This document shows positions 18,042-28,438 of a DNA stretch of 64,000 nt, one piece after another. The stretch covers positions 64,001 to 128,000 of IMG/VR virus record IMGVR_UViG_3300013121_000022. One strand, given 5' to 3'. Each line of letters begins with the position of its first letter. Positions within the stretch are counted from its first letter, which is position 1. Made by a program: the position numbers and the translations under genes. The notes below the pieces were generated by a model that did not search any database, had not been told where the DNA came from, and worked only from the letters and a program-made list of their open reading frames with translations. This DNA is from a virus (lineage: Duplodnaviria > Caudoviricetes).

Positions 18042-18868
18042 TGGAACAAGTATTGTGCGGGGACTGCCTTGATATTTTACCGTCCATCCCTAGTCAAAGT
18101 GTCGATCTTATTATCACATCCCCACCGTATGCCGAAAGTCGGAAAGACTCGTATGGAGGAATTTCGGCCAAAAAATACGTTGAGTGGTTTTTGCCAATTG
18201 CCAACGAACTCAAAAGAGTTCTTCATCCCAAAGGTAGTTTTTTTCTAAATATCAAACCGCACACCGAGCGCGGCGAAAGATCGATGTATGTCATGGATTT
18301 AATTTTGGCCTTGAAACGAACTACTGGTTTTCGCTTCATCGATGAATATTGCTGGACAAAAAACCCATTTCCTAATGGGGCGCATGGCAGATTCAAGAAT
18401 GGATTTGAGCCTGTGTATCATTTTACAGTGTCGCATCTGAGCAAAATCAACTTCAATCCGTTGGCTTGCGGAACTCCAGTCAAAACATCTAGTGCTCAAC
18501 GGGTTACTCGGAAGCAGGGCGGTAGTCCAGTGAACGGAAGTAAACTAAGTGCAATTCGGCACAGCAATATGAAAAAAATTTCAGTTGCCAGACCATCAAA
18601 TGTTATCCATGCCAACAACGTAAGCAATCAATTTACCGACACAAAAGATCATCCCGCTCCATTTCCAGAAAAGCTGGTCGAGTTTTTTGTTAGATCGTTT
18701 AGTAATGCCGGAATGACGGTGCTCGATCCATTTGCCGGAAGTGGAACGGTTGGCGCTGTATGTCAACGATATAATAGGCAATTCATTTTGATTGAAAAAA
18801 AGCAGGCATATTTAGACATTATTCACCAAAGACTTGAAACCAGCGATCAAATGCTGTTAGAGATATAA
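18041..18868 (+). CDS. N4-cytosine/N6-adenine DNA methyltransferase
   Basis: TSPPY, HPAPFP and LDPFAGSGT motifs. Confidence 0.92.
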   Translation: MEQVLCGDCLDILPSIPSQSVDLIITSPPYAESRKDSYGGISAKKYVEWFLPIANELKRVLHPKGSFFLNIKPHTERGERSMYVMDLILALKRTTGFRFIDEYCWTKNPFPNGAHGRFKNGFEPVYHFTVSHLSKINFNPLACGTPVKTSSAQRVTRKQGGSPVNGSKLSAIRHSNMKKISVARPSNVIHANNVSNQFTDTKDHPAPFPEKLVEFFVRSFSNAGMTVLDPFAGSGTVGAVCQRYNRQFILIEKKQAYLDIIHQRLETSDQMLLEI

Positions 18869-18875
18869 TAGTCGG

Positions 18876-19160
18876 ATGGACGAAAATACGGTAGCTTTTG
18901 ACTTGTGGAAACGCCTTAAGCGCGAACTTAAGATTGAAACCACTGCCGAGCAAGATGAGGCAGTGGTAATTGATATTGCAACCGCACTTGCCAAAGTATC
19001 CGGTTCAGATGTCTTGTCCCATACAACCGTGTATAATCCCATAAAAGTTTCGCAACAACTTTCTTCTCTGGCAACTCAAGTGGAAAATAAAACGCTGTCC
19101 ACTAAACGAGTTATAACCCGACTGAGAGCCATTGCCGAAAAAATAAAATCCATGCCCTAA
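18876..19160 (+). CDS. hypothetical protein
   Basis: 94-aa ORF. Confidence 0.55.
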   Translation: MDENTVAFDLWKRLKRELKIETTAEQDEAVVIDIATALAKVSGSDVLSHTTVYNPIKVSQQLSSLATQVENKTLSTKRVITRLRAIAEKIKSMP

Positions 19161-19180
19161 TCGGCGCAGATCGGAATATC

Positions 19181-20641
19181 ATGAACGTTTCAGTAGTGAT
19201 TACAACCTTCAATCGCAGTAGGCAACTCCATCGATCTCTGTGGAGTATCCTATCTTATGCAAGTCGCAAGCCCCAAGAGATCATTGTCGTAGATGACATG
19301 TCCACCGACAACACCGCAGAAACCGTTAGAGGTTATGCTGATTTATTTCCCGAAGTTCAAATCTCTTATATTCCATATCGCAGACCCAATGTAGGTTGGT
19401 CAAATCCAGCGATACCGCGCAACATGGGTATTCGCTTTACAAATCCCAATCATGAATTGATCGTGTTTTCCGAACCCGAAATGTTATGGACACAGGATGT
19501 TCTGAAAACATTTTGCGAATGGTTTGAAAATCCTCCCGCTACACTTCCTAAAGACCCCTACAAAGACTGGATTCCGCCAGAACCCATTCATGATCGATTC
19601 TTTTTGACTGCCTCTCATGTCGCGTACTGTCCAGACGATCAAGCACTTGGCAACAACGATGGACGTGATCCTATGTCAGTATTCGGGCATCATACCGTCG
19701 ATAGACGCTGGCCTGAAATAAACACGCGTGTTGCGGCAGTTCTTAGAAAAGACGTGTTCAATGTGCGTGGTTGGGATGAGCGATTTCAAGGATGGGGTTA
19801 TGACGATACAGATTTCATGAATCGACTTCAAATGTCGGGATGTAAGCACATTCCGTTGATGATTCCAGTCATTCATACCCATCATGAATATCCACCTGCT
19901 ACTGGATCGACAGCGCAACACAATCTTGAACTTATGCAAGAATCACATCGCAACGGAATTATTGCTCCGAATGGCGATGATTGGGGCGGAAAAGTTAAGC
20001 GTGAAAAATTCGGAACAGAAATCAGCCACGATCTTTGGAATCAAATTCAGAGTGAAGAACTAGCATCGTGGACAGATAAGGCATGGCCGAGTCGATCTGG
20101 CAAATTATTGCGCGAAAGAAAATACCTGACTCAAGCGGCAATTGATCTGGACTTGGACAATTTAGTTGATCCATCCATCGATGGTGTTGCCGTTGATTTT
20201 GGGTGTGGGCCATTGTCAATTCTGGAAGTCGTCAACAATAATCTTCAAAAAATTGCTATCGATCCTCTGCATGAAGGATATGAAGCGATTCGCAATTGGG
20301 AACATGAATCGGTAACGTATATGTATGGTCGGGGAGAGGATTATAAGTCTAAACTCCCTATTCGTCTTATCACTTCTATCAACGGCATCGATCACTACGA
20401 GAATCCATACAAGACACTTGTCAACATGGTTTCTCTGTTAACTAAGGGCGGATTCATTGCTTTGCATTACTGCATTAATAATGCCAGTGAAGGACATCCG
20501 CATCCGGCGCATCGCATCGATCTGGACTCGGAAACCATGCTTGCATGGGGCAAAGAACTTGGATTGACTGTTGTATCGGCCAAAGAAGTTCCTTATGGCT
20601 GGCGTCATCAATTGTCGGCGGCAATTGTATTTCAAAAATAG
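19181..20641 (+). CDS. GT2 glycosyltransferase fused to a SAM-dependent methyltransferase
   Basis: VVDDMSTD and GWDERFQGWGYDD; C-terminal VDFGCGP...NGIDH. Confidence 0.85.
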   Translation: MNVSVVITTFNRSRQLHRSLWSILSYASRKPQEIIVVDDMSTDNTAETVRGYADLFPEVQISYIPYRRPNVGWSNPAIPRNMGIRFTNPNHELIVFSEPEMLWTQDVLKTFCEWFENPPATLPKDPYKDWIPPEPIHDRFFLTASHVAYCPDDQALGNNDGRDPMSVFGHHTVDRRWPEINTRVAAVLRKDVFNVRGWDERFQGWGYDDTDFMNRLQMSGCKHIPLMIPVIHTHHEYPPATGSTAQHNLELMQESHRNGIIAPNGDDWGGKVKREKFGTEISHDLWNQIQSEELASWTDKAWPSRSGKLLRERKYLTQAAIDLDLDNLVDPSIDGVAVDFGCGPLSILEVVNNNLQKIAIDPLHEGYEAIRNWEHESVTYMYGRGEDYKSKLPIRLITSINGIDHYENPYKTLVNMVSLLTKGGFIALHYCINNASEGHPHPAHRIDLDSETMLAWGKELGLTVVSAKEVPYGWRHQLSAAIVFQK

Positions 20642-20654
20642 AAAGTGAACCGAA

Positions 20655-20810
20655 ATGATAAAAATAGAACTTGTCTGCGACGAGTGTTTATCCACCATTA
20701 CGTCTGGAGTTTTCGTTCAGACTGGCACAGGCCGAGCTTGGATTGATGGTATAGATAACAACTCGCAGGAAGTAGAGTTATGCAATGTCTGTTTTTCCAA
20801 ACTTGATTAG
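20655..20810 (+). CDS. small Zn-binding protein
   Basis: MIKIELVCDEC...ELCNVC, 51 aa (below the ORF-track cutoff). Confidence 0.5.
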   Translation: MIKIELVCDECLSTITSGVFVQTGTGRAWIDGIDNNSQEVELCNVCFSKLD

Positions 20811-21007
20811 TCACAGTGTAATTATCGTGGCGAATGGAAACCAGATGGCTTTAAGCGAGTATCATTCTATTACACACCCCGTCATGAATAGCAAAGATAG
20901 AACATCGCGATATAAACGAAAAAAACGTCTTCCTAAATACAAGCGGAGAGGACGCCGAACAATACCGCTTGATACCAAAAAAGTTTATCGAGTGAAAGAG
21001 GTTTTGA

Positions 21008-21484
21008 ATGACCTTGAATCAACTTAGGAACTATTTTTTGTATGTTGTGCGGCATAAATGGTTTGTGTTTCGACAAGGCCAAATGCTTGGTGCTCCGATT
21101 TGGAGATTGATCATTCATGATTGGTCGAAATTCTTGCCGGATGAATTTATAGCATATGCAAAGTGCTTTAACTCGCCACAGGGCGAACCCCGCTATTTGC
21201 CTACTTATGAATTTGCCGTTGCTTGGAATAAACATATTAACCGCAATGATCATCATTATCAACATTGGGTTCTTGAATGGGATAGTGGAAAAATTGAACC
21301 CTTAAAAATCCCAATAGACTGTGTTCTGGAAATGATTGCTGATTGGTCTGGAGCAAATTTAGCTCGCGGCGGAGATGGCAACCCAAAAACATGGCTGGAA
21401 AAAAAAGTAAAGGATAACAGTTTGTCTATGAATCCCGAAACTCTACAAGCAGTGCGGGATATTATAGACTTGCACTGGAACTAA
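21008..21484 (+). CDS. DUF5662-like HD-domain protein
   Basis: HKWFV, HDWSK, HINRNDHH and EMIADW motifs. Confidence 0.8.
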   Translation: MTLNQLRNYFLYVVRHKWFVFRQGQMLGAPIWRLIIHDWSKFLPDEFIAYAKCFNSPQGEPRYLPTYEFAVAWNKHINRNDHHYQHWVLEWDSGKIEPLKIPIDCVLEMIADWSGANLARGGDGNPKTWLEKKVKDNSLSMNPETLQAVRDIIDLHWN

Positions 21485-21485
21485 C

Positions 21486-22472
21486 ATGAATATTGTTGTA
21501 ACGGGCGGTTTAGGTTTTATTGGATCAAACTTAGTAAAGTCGTTCAAAGCAAGTCGTCACAATCAGATCGTGGTATTTGATAGTTTGAAGCGAGAAAATG
21601 TAGAGCGCAATTTCTCGGTAATTGAGAGTCCCAACGTCACAGTAGTTCGTGGCGATGTTCGTTTGAGATACGATTTTCAGTCGATACCATTTAGGCCGGA
21701 TGTCATTTTGCATTATGCTGGCAACGCTGGAATTCCCTGGTCGCTTGAAAATCCAGAATCTGACTTTGAAGAAAATGTAGTCGGGACATTCAATGTTCTG
21801 CAATATGCTCGACAGTTTCCAGATGTTCAAGTAATCATGGCTAGTACAAACCGAGTGTATGCTACCAATACGGGACATCCTTTGACGAGCGACGCCAAGA
21901 AGTTTATTCCCGCAAGCAGATTTGAATTTGGTATTGACGAAAACTATAGTAGTTTCGGGCAACTTTCTCCGTATGGCGCAAGCAAAAAATCCGCCGATCA
22001 ACTGTGTCAAGAATGGTTTTATTCGTTTGGCGTAAATGTTGTTATTAATCGCATGGGTGTTATTTACGGTGAGGGACAATGGGGCGCAACCGAACAAGGC
22101 TGGTTGGGATATTTTTGTAGAATGAAAACCCAAAATCAACCAATTACTATTTTTGGTAATGGTAAGCAGGTGCGCGATCCTTTGTACATCAGCGATTTAG
22201 TTCGACTGGTTCATAGACAAGTGGATAGCGGATCGTATGCGGCAGGGGAAGTCTTCAATGTCGGCGGAGGTATTTCCAATGCTGTATCTCTCAACGAAGT
22301 GGTTGATTATTTAGGTGTTGTTCCAACATACGACGAAATTCGTCCAGCTGATATGTTATGGTATGTAAGCGACATTCGGAAAGTTCAAAAACTTTTCCAG
22401 TGGAGTCCGGCAACGAATATATGGGATGGTATTGACTTGACTTTGGAATGGCTCAAACATGAAATATCGTGA
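21486..22472 (+). CDS. NAD-dependent sugar epimerase/dehydratase
   Basis: TGGLGFIG, YGASK and GKQVRDPL motifs. Confidence 0.92.
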   Translation: MNIVVTGGLGFIGSNLVKSFKASRHNQIVVFDSLKRENVERNFSVIESPNVTVVRGDVRLRYDFQSIPFRPDVILHYAGNAGIPWSLENPESDFEENVVGTFNVLQYARQFPDVQVIMASTNRVYATNTGHPLTSDAKKFIPASRFEFGIDENYSSFGQLSPYGASKKSADQLCQEWFYSFGVNVVINRMGVIYGEGQWGATEQGWLGYFCRMKTQNQPITIFGNGKQVRDPLYISDLVRLVHRQVDSGSYAAGEVFNVGGGISNAVSLNEVVDYLGVVPTYDEIRPADMLWYVSDIRKVQKLFQWSPATNIWDGIDLTLEWLKHEIS

Positions 22473-22962
22473 ACTCTGGCAACATAGTTTCGATAGATGG
22501 TCACAAGCTACTCGCGAAAAGGCAGTCAGTCAATGGGCGGCAGATTGTCGCGCCGACGATCCGAAATTCAGTGCACGCATGTTGTTTTTGAAAAACATCC
22601 TAAACATAAAGGGTGATAGATATTCTGATGGTGGATTGTTGTTGATAAGCCCTACTACAGACAAAATCATAGTGGCCGGAAATTGGTTTATTCAAAATGA
22701 TGCAATGCATCTTCAACGCCTCTGTGTTTCTCCCGAAATTTTCAACTCTGGAGTAAAGGGGTGGGGAACAATATTCATGCGGCGGATAGGAAGTTACGTT
22801 CTAACCAAAGCAGGTATCAAGGAAGGAATGTATGTTCAGGCGTTTCAGGATAATTTTAGATTTTATCTGTCGTTGGGATTTTTCATAGACTACCAACAAG
22901 ACAATATGGTGTTTATGTATTGGGATCGAAAAGCTATCGAAAAGTTTTTGAAGCGAAAATGA
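22459..22962 (+). CDS. GNAT-like acetyltransferase
   Basis: LQRLCVSP...KGWGT...FYLSLGF. Confidence 0.65.
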   Translation: MKYRELWQHSFDRWSQATREKAVSQWAADCRADDPKFSARMLFLKNILNIKGDRYSDGGLLLISPTTDKIIVAGNWFIQNDAMHLQRLCVSPEIFNSGVKGWGTIFMRRIGSYVLTKAGIKEGMYVQAFQDNFRFYLSLGFFIDYQQDNMVFMYWDRKAIEKFLKRK

Positions 22963-23076
22963 TAGTGTGCTATGATCTGCCTAACAAGGTCAGTCCATTT
23001 TCTTGTTTGACCTTCCCCTCTTTCTCTTTCTCTCTCTTGAATGGGCTGACCTTGCAACCTATTACGCGAAAGTCTC

Positions 23077-24201
23077 GTGATGAATTACGAAATAGTCAAC
23101 GATAACATCTACAATTGGATAAAAACATACTCAGGCGCAAAATTTCATGCGCTTTTTTCTGATCCTCCATACGAAATGAAATTTATGGGAAATCTATGGG
23201 ACGGAACGGGAGTTTCATTCGATCCAGAGATGTGGGCGGGACTATTGAATCATCTACACGATGGTGCTTTTGGACTGGTGTATGGTGGTTCGCGCAGCTA
23301 TCACCGTTTGGCGGCGGCTATTGAAGACGCCGGAGCAATCATTCATCCGTCTATTTTTTTATGGGCTAGAGGTCAGGGAATGCCTCATGCTGTGCCAGTC
23401 AAAAACGAAAAGATTTTCAAAAACCATCGTTATGGCAGGCAGGTGATGAAACCCAATGTTGAACCTGTTGTATTGTTTCAAAAGCCATACAACGAAGATT
23501 ACACTCTAGTAGAAAACATAAAATTGACAGGCGCAGGAACTCTCAATATCGATAATCCGTTTGGTGGCTGGCCGGGTAATTTTATGATGGTTCATAACCC
23601 CGACTGTGAGATTGTTGGTAAAACAAACCGCACTTATGTTTTGAATCGCTGGTCGGAAGGGGCAAGGCCATTTGGTGGAGCGGCAGGCCAAAAATTCCAC
23701 TCTGTGCCAGTTCAACGCGTAGTTGACATCTGGCGATGTTCGGATGGATGTCCGGTTGCCAATATTGGAAGTCAACATGCGGGTGCTGAACAATACTTTG
23801 AGGCGTTTGATTGGGCATATGAACAATTTGAGGGTGATAAAGTCGTTTATGCTTCTAAGCCCAATAAAAAAGAACGCGATTCTGGACTTGAGGATTCTGC
23901 TAATACAGTCAATGCATTTGGTGTTGCTGAATGGGCTTATGGTGAAAAGAGAAAGACAAAGAGAAAAAACTTTCACGCCACAGTCAAGCCGATCAGCGCA
24001 GATCGGCGGTTCGCCTATCTGTTACTTCCCCCCAAAGAATATACTCCCCGTAGGATTTTGAATCCTTTCAGCGGCAGTGGTAGCGAGATGATTGGATCGT
24101 TCTTGGCCGGATGGGATGAATGTGTGGGAATTGAAAACGAATCTCCATATGTCGAGATCGCGCAGGCGCGACTCAAGCATTGGGTAGAAAGTGGAATTTA
24201 G
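23077..24201 (+). CDS. N6-adenine DNA methyltransferase
   Basis: SDPPY, HATVKP and NPFSGSGS motifs. Confidence 0.88.
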   Translation: MMNYEIVNDNIYNWIKTYSGAKFHALFSDPPYEMKFMGNLWDGTGVSFDPEMWAGLLNHLHDGAFGLVYGGSRSYHRLAAAIEDAGAIIHPSIFLWARGQGMPHAVPVKNEKIFKNHRYGRQVMKPNVEPVVLFQKPYNEDYTLVENIKLTGAGTLNIDNPFGGWPGNFMMVHNPDCEIVGKTNRTYVLNRWSEGARPFGGAAGQKFHSVPVQRVVDIWRCSDGCPVANIGSQHAGAEQYFEAFDWAYEQFEGDKVVYASKPNKKERDSGLEDSANTVNAFGVAEWAYGEKRKTKRKNFHATVKPISADRRFAYLLLPPKEYTPRRILNPFSGSGSEMIGSFLAGWDECVGIENESPYVEIAQARLKHWVESGI

Positions 24202-24934
24202 TATGCACGATCACTCGATTGTAGCCTTTGAAATTAGATCGCCGTTTCCGCCCAAGAAAAAAGGCGAATATCACGATTCGTGGTTCACGATTTGGCACGA
24301 CGATCCAGAAATAAATAACTACGAAGATTCATGCGGCTGGTCAACGCCACAGATGTCTGATGCGGACAAAAAAATCGTTGAATACATGATTGAGTGGGAT
24401 AAGGCGTTTCCGTATTACACTTCACCTTATTTAGATTCGATTTCCGTCATTGTCAATCACCAATACAAATTTAGGTCGTTACCCGCTGGAGAATGTCTAG
24501 CGTTGGTGTCTGCTGTTTGGTCTGAAATCGTATGGCAACGCGAACATCGCTCGATATTAACCAACCGCGAGATTTCGACTATCTTTTCTATTTCTAGTAG
24601 TCCAATCGACAATCTTCGATCCTCTTTGGTGCAAGGCCAAAGTCGAGAAGAAAGAATGCGTAATTTTATTGTATGCATTTTTAGGGCTTATCTACGTACA
24701 AATCGCAAATGGTATCAACATCCTAAATGGCATATTCATCATTGGCGAATCCAGTGGCATTGGTTGCAAAAACTGGACAGATTCTTGTTCCAGCGATGTG
24801 CGGTATGTGGAAAACGATTTACTAAATGGGGAACAGGAAATGTGTACGGGAGTTGGGATGGCAAAGAAATTTGGCATCCTGAATGTCAAGCCCAACGAGA
24901 GATTGATAATGCCAAGCGGATTGACTCATACTAG
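24191..24934 (+). CDS. hypothetical protein (Trp/His-rich)
   Basis: TIWHDDP, HPKWHIHHW and CAVC motifs. Confidence 0.7.
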   Translation: MEFSMHDHSIVAFEIRSPFPPKKKGEYHDSWFTIWHDDPEINNYEDSCGWSTPQMSDADKKIVEYMIEWDKAFPYYTSPYLDSISVIVNHQYKFRSLPAGECLALVSAVWSEIVWQREHRSILTNREISTIFSISSSPIDNLRSSLVQGQSREERMRNFIVCIFRAYLRTNRKWYQHPKWHIHHWRIQWHWLQKLDRFLFQRCAVCGKRFTKWGTGNVYGSWDGKEIWHPECQAQREIDNAKRIDSY

Positions 24935-25349
24935 AGTGTCGGTTATCGCAACGACAGCCTTGTTTCCCTCATTGGCATATGCCGGAGTATCGCCACTCAA
25001 TATTGTGCTGTGTTGCTTTGGGTGTCTGTGCGGAATTGTCATTAGTCCCGATCTGGATGTTGATGCGGGTTTTTATGGACTCTATATTTTGAGGCGTATT
25101 TTTGGGCGGACTTTTTCAATCATTTGGCAGTTTTATTGGATGCCTTACTCTAAGTTTGTGCCACACAGATCGTTTTGGTCGCATAGTATTTTTGGAACGG
25201 TGTTTCGACTGATATACCTGTTTGCGACTCCGGCGATTGTTTTATACTTAATGGGTTGGTCGTTTCCGCTCAATTGGGAACTTGGTTGGTGGTGCTTGGG
25301 CTTGTTTATCAGCGATCTGTGTCACATTACAATGGATCGATTATTATGA
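24909..25349 (+). CDS. DUF2227-like membrane metal-binding protein
   Basis: MPSG.TH, SPDLD, HRSFWSH and H..MD motifs. Confidence 0.8.
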   Translation: MPSGLTHTRVSVIATTALFPSLAYAGVSPLNIVLCCFGCLCGIVISPDLDVDAGFYGLYILRRIFGRTFSIIWQFYWMPYSKFVPHRSFWSHSIFGTVFRLIYLFATPAIVLYLMGWSFPLNWELGWWCLGLFISDLCHITMDRLL

Positions 25350-25672
25350 AATCCATTAAACAGCACTTACACATTGTGACTGATGGCGGAGTAAATTGTG
25401 AGCTAAACGAATCGACGCAGATTGAAAATGGCCTTTACGACTGTACGATTGAATTTAAGTACATTGGTCTAAGCTCGTTGGATATTTACGTTCATATGTT
25501 TGATATTTTTGTAATGCAAAAATTTTTTTCGTCTGATGATCGACAGAAATTCGTTGTGGATTTTAGATCATTTGTGTCTATGCAGAAAAACTACCGCATT
25601 AGACTTGTTTCTAACGATGCATCTGACATTGAAATATACTCAATTACTTTTGAAAGAAGGATTACCGAATGA
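25346..25672 (+). CDS. hypothetical protein
   Basis: ATGA overlaps on both sides. Confidence 0.55.
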   Translation: MKSIKQHLHIVTDGGVNCELNESTQIENGLYDCTIEFKYIGLSSLDIYVHMFDIFVMQKFFSSDDRQKFVVDFRSFVSMQKNYRIRLVSNDASDIEIYSITFERRITE

Positions 25673-26478
25673 CTGATTTTGCAACTTTAGTAGTGCTTTC
25701 GTATAGGCGTCCTGAAAGTACACGAGACTCTTTAGAATCGTTACTCAATAACACCTATGGAATACAGTACGAACTCATTGTGGTTGACGATGGATCGCGT
25801 GATCCGAACTGGCCGATGCTAATGCAATGTGCGCGGCGAGAAGAACTGTCCTCATTCATTTTGAATGCAGGCAAAAACATGGGAGTTGGACACGGCATTC
25901 GACGCGGCTTTGAAGTTGGTCGCGGAAAATGGCTGGTCAAATTGGATGCCGATCTCGAATATACACCCGGATGGCTAGATGCTGGTGTGGCAATTCTGGA
26001 AAACTTTCCAAAAGTTGGCGTGGTCGGGTTTTTCGACTATCGCAACTACAATCCAATTGACGAACGTTTTACCAAGAAGGAAGAACTCAAGATTGCTGGT
26101 CAGGTCGTTGGAGCAACAGTCACGGATTTTGTGGGTTCAGCCTTTATGATTCGTCGGGACGATTATTTGAAGTTGGGGGTTGAAGGTGTCGAGTGGAAAT
26201 TTGAAGATGGGAAGCTTGTCGCGACTGCAATGAGTGAATCTCCGAAGTGGCGCGGTTTTGACGAATTTTCTGAGGCATTCGCGGAAGATGTTATGTGGAA
26301 ACAACGTATGCAAGCACTTGGTTATGAATTGGCAATCACCGTTCCAGACATGATGCGAAATCATGGATTTGGACTAGGAAAGTCTACCGTTGTTGAAATG
26401 GACGAGAATAAACAACCGCGTGTTCATGCTATTCATACCGAACCATTGTTGTTTGGTCGTAAACGACAGGCAAAATAA
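25669..26478 (+). CDS. GT2 glycosyltransferase
   Basis: VVDDGS, KLDAD and ED motifs. Confidence 0.88.
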   Translation: MTDFATLVVLSYRRPESTRDSLESLLNNTYGIQYELIVVDDGSRDPNWPMLMQCARREELSSFILNAGKNMGVGHGIRRGFEVGRGKWLVKLDADLEYTPGWLDAGVAILENFPKVGVVGFFDYRNYNPIDERFTKKEELKIAGQVVGATVTDFVGSAFMIRRDDYLKLGVEGVEWKFEDGKLVATAMSESPKWRGFDEFSEAFAEDVMWKQRMQALGYELAITVPDMMRNHGFGLGKSTVVEMDENKQPRVHAIHTEPLLFGRKRQAK

Positions 26479-26480
26479 GT

Positions 26481-27626
26481 ATGACTAAAAAACGTATTCT
26501 ATATTTTTCGGATTTGCGTCCAGTAAAAGACGGATATGCAGGCGGCTATTCCGTTATTACCGAAGGCATGTGCACTGCCCTATCTCGACTTGGACATGAT
26601 GTTAAGTGCGTGGCAATGTCATACAATGCTCAACAGCACAATTTACCGTTTTCGGTTATTCCAATGCTCGACCCGCGCTATTTATCGGTTCAACTGACTG
26701 ATATTATCGAAGGCTGGAATCCTGATGCCGTTGTAGTGGCTATGGATATTCCCTGGCAGTGCGATATTTTCCCATCTTTACGATCTCCTGTTAAGTATAT
26801 TGCCATTACGCCAGTTGAAGGAACTCCATTGCTCAAGAAATGGTCAGATGGCTTGTCGAGCATTGATCACATTTTTGTATTGTCTGAATTTGGCAAAAAA
26901 GTCTTGAAGGATGTTGGACTTCGATCTAAGGTCTTGCCTGTGTCTCACACAATGGGTAGCGTAATTGCTAAACCCGAACATGTTCAAGAGGTTAGGGAAA
27001 AAATCGGTATCAGTGACAAGTTTGCTATTGTCAAAATTGCAGATAATCATTCTCGAAAAAATTGGGCGCATACCATTGAGTTTTGGGTAAAGTGGACAGC
27101 GGACAAACCCAAGAACGTGCTATATGCAGTCACGCGAGATGCTGGCATTGGATGGGATTTGCCGGAGCTCATGGAAGAATTCGGTGCAATTCGTAAAACT
27201 GGAGTTAATATTTGGGAGTGGCCGGATGGTCGCGAAATTCGTATCCTAGAAAATATTGGAAGACAAGATTTATTGTGGGTTGAAAATTTTTGTGACGTTC
27301 TTTTGATGGATACAGGTAATGAAGGATTGGGTATGCCGATTTTGGACGCTTTTTCTGTTGGCCTACCAGTAATCGCCATGAATCACACATCCATGACTGA
27401 ACTCGTGTCACCCAATCGCGGCATTTTATTTGCTCCCGGGTATGAATATCGAGATGTATTTGGCAACGTCAAGCGTTATTACCCTGATTACGATTCATGG
27501 TCAGACGCAATGACTTTTGCTTACACTAATCGAGACAAGATGGATCAACTCGCCTTGAATGCTTATGAATGGTTACGTGGGCGAACATGGGAAAATGCCG
27601 CACAAATTTTGGCGGAGGAAATCTAA
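26481..27626 (+). CDS. GT4 glycosyltransferase
   Basis: RKN and EGLGMPILDAFSVGLPVI motifs. Confidence 0.88.
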   Translation: MTKKRILYFSDLRPVKDGYAGGYSVITEGMCTALSRLGHDVKCVAMSYNAQQHNLPFSVIPMLDPRYLSVQLTDIIEGWNPDAVVVAMDIPWQCDIFPSLRSPVKYIAITPVEGTPLLKKWSDGLSSIDHIFVLSEFGKKVLKDVGLRSKVLPVSHTMGSVIAKPEHVQEVREKIGISDKFAIVKIADNHSRKNWAHTIEFWVKWTADKPKNVLYAVTRDAGIGWDLPELMEEFGAIRKTGVNIWEWPDGREIRILENIGRQDLLWVENFCDVLLMDTGNEGLGMPILDAFSVGLPVIAMNHTSMTELVSPNRGILFAPGYEYRDVFGNVKRYYPDYDSWSDAMTFAYTNRDKMDQLALNAYEWLRGRTWENAAQILAEEI

Positions 27627-28438
27627 TGGCTATACAGCAAAAAAACTTAGTAGATATAATCGTTCCGGTCTATGGCGGATACGATCACTTAGAACGACTG
27701 ATTCCGGCTTTGGTTGACACACTGGCGAGTTTCAAAGATGACGTGAAAGTGTTTTTTGTTGATGATTGTACGCCGGAAGAACTAGGTCGCGATGCGATTG
27801 AAAAGCTGATCACGTCATCGATTTTGCCGCACTGGAAGTTTATCAAAGCTCCGGCCAATGGTGGATTTTCAGCAACCAACAATCTTGGGGCAAGTCACGG
27901 CAACGGTCAGTATATTTGTATGCTGAACTCTGATACCGTTCCTCATCCATTGTGGCTGGATCATTTGGTTGCGACACTGGATAAATACCCACAGGCAGGT
28001 GGAGTGGGATCGAAATTGTTGTTTCCAGCATGGTCAAAAGACCCAACTCGACCTGCTGGCAAAATTCAACATGCAGGCGTAGCTTTTAATGCGGCTCGAA
28101 TGCCCTACCATTTGTTTTTGGGATGGGACGCTGACAATCCAAGAGTCAATCGCCATTTAATGATGCAAGCGGTTACTGGAGCGTGTTTTTTGACTCGGCG
28201 CAGATTGTGGGATCAAATCGGCGGACTGGATATTGCTTATGGAATCGGCAACTTTGAAGACATCGATCTATGCTTACAGATTGGCGAACGCGGCTATGAT
28301 ATTGCCTACAACCCCGATTCCGTTTTATACCATTGGGGGAGTGGATCGAATAACACCGAATCGTCTGATCGTAATGCTATGATCTTTCTGTCGCGATGGG
28401 CAGATAAAGTAGTGTCGGACGACTGGAAATTCTGGTAA
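27626..28438 (+). CDS. GT2 glycosyltransferase
   Basis: VDDC, GFSATNN, LNSD, AVTGAC and EDIDLC motifs. Confidence 0.9.
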   Translation: MAIQQKNLVDIIVPVYGGYDHLERLIPALVDTLASFKDDVKVFFVDDCTPEELGRDAIEKLITSSILPHWKFIKAPANGGFSATNNLGASHGNGQYICMLNSDTVPHPLWLDHLVATLDKYPQAGGVGSKLLFPAWSKDPTRPAGKIQHAGVAFNAARMPYHLFLGWDADNPRVNRHLMMQAVTGACFLTRRRLWDQIGGLDIAYGIGNFEDIDLCLQIGERGYDIAYNPDSVLYHWGSGSNNTESSDRNAMIFLSRWADKVVSDDWKFW

